Part shown: positions 60,701 to 64,000 of the stretch, one piece after another
How the letters are laid out: the number at the start of each line of letters is the position of its first letter
How positions within the stretch are numbered: position 1 is the first letter of the stretch
Assembly (NCBI GenBank): GCA_963924565.1
Contig: OZ004612.1
Coordinates: 7,998,001 to 8,062,000 of the forward strand
DNA length: 64,000 bases
Source of the DNA: Ascidiella aspersa
Taxonomy: Eukaryota
Reading direction: 5' to 3'
Program-made: the position numbers and the translations under genes
Notes under the pieces: model-generated
Seen by the model: the letters and a program-made list of their open reading frames with translations, nothing else
Told to the model about the DNA's origin: nothing
Database searches by the model: none

Positions 60701-62036
60701 TGAACTAAATTAAGGAAAGACTGGATGGTTGGTAGCAAAATAATAAAAGCCATTGGATGGTCCGCTGTATGAAAATTGCCAGAATAATTTTCCTAATTTT
60801 TAATTTTCTAGCGTTTCAAACATTTATTAGTTCTTCATTTAATAAATAACAAAATATGTATTCAGATAGGCGTATTGGTAATCGAATTGATCTATGATTT
60901 TCTTAAACGGTAAAAACTAAAAAAAACTTTAACCAAAAAATGTAAGAAGTTTTATCAAATTGTCGTTCTGTATAATTTAATCAGTCAACATTCAAACTAT
61001 TTTATCTTAATTAGGGCAGTTTATCGCCGGCTGACAAAATTAGTTTTGTCACTAAACTGCTCTACGGCGGTTATTTTTCGTCAAGTTGGACGTTTTGTAC
61101 GACATATATAGTTAAAACCAGAAATTTAATACTACCAAACGAGGTACCTTACTTCTTATTGTTCGTATAGCTGTTGAAATAAAAACAACTTTTGCAACAT
61201 TTAGGAATAACATTTGATTTCTGGTTAGGAAAGTTCGAGTTAATCAAATACTTACAGAGTTTTCTTTACGACACTATTCTATTTCTTGTGGCCTTGTTAT
61301 AGCCTAGTTTAGCAATCGCTGCTCTACAGGATTTTGCACTGCAACAGTATAGTGTTGGGTCACCACTCATCAGATATCACCATTTGTCACAGAGAATTTG
61401 CTAGTGAATCTTACCTGGTTGATTGTGTTTGTGTAATATCTCCTGGTAGAACCTGTTAATGACAGCTTCATCTTTGACAACAGCAAGCTGCCCGCCCAAC
61501 GACTTACATTCATTATCAGCCGTGTTCGCGTCCACGAGTGTATTGGATAAGGTGTAAATCGTGGTCCCAATATTGAACAATGTAGTGTTGCATGCTGTAT
61601 AGATATTTCACATTTAGGGCATAGGTGTAATTTGGTGGTTGGTAAATTAATTGTCAACATGATCAGTACCATCTGTTTAAATTATAGGGAATAATCGATT
61701 AACCCTTTTATTTAATATTGGCTGCACAGTGCACGCTCATTTGCCAGTCTATAGTCTCTTAAAAAAATGTCAGAAAAAAAATCGACTAAATAAGAATAAA
61801 AAATGGCATATTTAACAAATAACTTTTTTTTTGTTTAGAAACATTTTCTGTAACAAAATATCCAATTCCTAATCTAGCATATACTCTTTGATTGTATCGA
61901 AAATACAATGTGTTGTAAGGGTATCGCTTAAGACCTCTTTATTTCAATAATACATCTTATTCTATTTTTACTAACCTGTAACTTCGCAAAATGATGATAA
62001 ACAAAGCACTGCCACAAAGCCAATAACAAATTTCAT
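54757..62036 (-). pseudogene. Copy C of the lectin-like/FN3 receptor, disabled or truncated
   Basis: Same 12 exons as B (ATG at 62036, TM exon 54757-54835). Exon 5 has an in-frame TAG at 57397-57399 (TTG in B). Exon 8 has a net +8-nt change from a duplicated gaccacaacat (~55954-55980), giving a frameshift and TAA. Confidence 0.8.
57636..58428. mobile_element. hAT (Charlie-like) non-autonomous element specific to copy C intron 4
   Basis: Ends cagtggtcggcaac / gttgtcgaccccg; ccggtccg subterminal motifs; TSD ccgttggg/ccgtaggg. Confidence 0.8.
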
Positions 62037-64000
62037 TTTTCCTTAAAACAGATAAACGTCGAACTGGTAAATGGCTTCAGTAGTATACCACGGCAGCAGT
62101 TATCAGTTGCAGTGAAGCCATAATATGTACAATCAGTAGAGTAAGAAGCTCAACTCTACATTTTACCTTTCACGCTGACGTCACTGTATGATTAATATTG
62201 TAATCTTAAAGGGCCACCATGTGATACGGAAATAGCTGAGGTTACCTTGTAGGCGTTTCAATCTGCCAGACAACTTTTTGGAACAATAGTATCTATACTC
62301 GTCATTGTCAGGCTTGCTATCTCGAGTGTTTTAAAAAGGAAAATGTGACCATGTTCGCCCGCAAAAAAAAAACACCAAACGCATGAAATTTTTAGAGATG
62401 ACGTCAAAGTCACTTCATAGTGATAGTGGAGCGTCTAAAACAAGCAACCCTGTGGAACATTAGGCTAATGAGTTACGCCATAGCTGTTCGGACTATTTCA
62501 CAATTTATATTTACACTTTTCTGAGACATACTTATGCCGATGGTTTTGCAATCGATGTTAGAGATCATTCACAACGAGAAACTTCAAGTGCTACCTGTAG
62601 GCATCATCATTCCTAATATAATTTTGGTGGTTCTATATGTTCAACTTTAGACCCAAGCGCATAATTGCGAGGATGCAAGTTAATCTACAGATGTTAAGGG
62701 ATTCTGTATCCTCCTTGTCACTACATCGCCAGATACAACTCAATTTCCAGATATTAGTTCAAATGGTACTCTTATAACAGCCCATGTCTATGATACTTTA
62801 TGCTTAACAGATAGCTCTGAAATTGGTAATCCTACTGATCCGTTGGTAATGCCATTAACGAAAGAATATACTCCGCAGGTAGGCAATAAATATAGGCTGT
62901 TTAATTTAAAATTTGACTTTGTTAAATAACACGTCTGGGTGCGCCGTATTTTATTGCCCATATAGACTAGCGTAAGTTGAGAGTATACATGTCACATTTT
63001 TCTCTATCTTTACGGTGCTTTCAGGTGATGCTATCGGGGCGAGTGTTATTCTGCTGCTTCTGGACGTTTTTCGGCACCTTGTGTTTAAAAAGTATTGCTA
63101 TAATTGCGACATAAAATGCATGTTGATTAAGTTGAACTGTTTCACGCGGATCGTTAATGTCGCAAGAAACACGGCGTTGAATTAAGAAGGTAAAAACAAC
63201 CGATTCGCCGCGACCGTATTAGCATTAAGTTTACGTATTCACGGTCTTCCCAAAATGTTTTTTTTAAATAAGATAAAATTGAAGCAAGCCTTTTTTTATT
63301 GCTTTTAAGCATAAGGTACAGCATTACTGCTCGAGTATAGTTTGCGCCTTAAATACACATGCATTTTAAACGTCGCTTCTGTAGGTGGTGAGCATGGAAA
63401 CAACTGCGCTACTCATGACCGTATCGATAGTTTATTTTTATTTTTTTATCAATTGAGTGCGTTTTTAGAGTTTTACAAACGGCAGTCAAAATTTATCCCT
63501 TTCCATCCTAAAAGTATATTGAATGATAAGAGGGGAGAATTTAATAGTAGGCCGTGCGCGCTTTCCTGAACTGAAATAGCGGAACTAATCAAGAGCGAAA
63601 ATCGTGATTCTGCGAAAATATATACAATGGCGTATTATTGGCGTTGTGGCAAACTACAAATTTAAAACCGTACTCGCCGTAATCGCATAGAGATCGCAAG
63701 CAGATAGTCTAATATCTATTACACCAGTTTATTTGCGGGCTAAAAAATGCCTTTGACGTCGCTATACACACACAACATGGCCATAGCCATACATTATCAG
63801 TTAGTTTTAGTGGCAAACATCCTGAAAGTTGGCCCCTGAATGGGTATTATTATACTCTCAAGAGATACACCTTAGTGATATTTAGGGTTGGCATTAGGGG
63901 ACCACGAGGACATTTCCTCTCCAAAAAAGAAAAAACAAATTGGCAAACCTCACGTCAATGCTCTCCAGTCTGTAGTAACCACAAACTCACAATCTATACC

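Larger units (their letters stand above)
54741..64000 (-). repeat. Right arm of the inverted segmental duplication
   Basis: Reverse complement of 32511-52215 minus the B-specific insertions. Confidence 0.95.

Overview
AT-rich animal genomic DNA with many short-to-medium introns. Gene style suggests an invertebrate chordate such as an ascidian, but that is an inference. The ORF track is mostly uninformative because the genes are spliced, so exons were assembled by hand. Left to right: (1) the last six exons of a ZNFX1-like gene (+) ending in an RZ finger; (2) a complete 11-exon CYP4-family P450 (-); (3) a cluster of related type I membrane receptors with ectodomain signal peptide - two divergent C-type-lectin-like domains - two FN3-like domains - TM. 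Copy A (-, 17659-29399) ends in tandem PTP domains with a PTPalpha/epsilon-like YANYK terminus. Copy B (+, 34753-52199) is open through the TM exon but has no PTP domains. Copy C (-, 54757-62036) is an inverted duplicate of B with a premature stop and a frameshift. Decayed exons of a fourth copy lie just upstream of B and C. Intron 2 of B holds a 10.3-kb foldback element (CAC...GTG ends, 7-bp TSD, ~4.3-kb arms, central 192-bp tandem array) that is absent from C. Also present: many hAT-type MITEs, a Chapaev3-like relic, a tRNA-derived SINE, a solo-LTR candidate and two minimal hammerhead ribozyme motifs in Penelope-like remnants. The best candidate for an undescribed system is a birth-and-death cluster of lectin-like receptors with and without a phosphatase tail.
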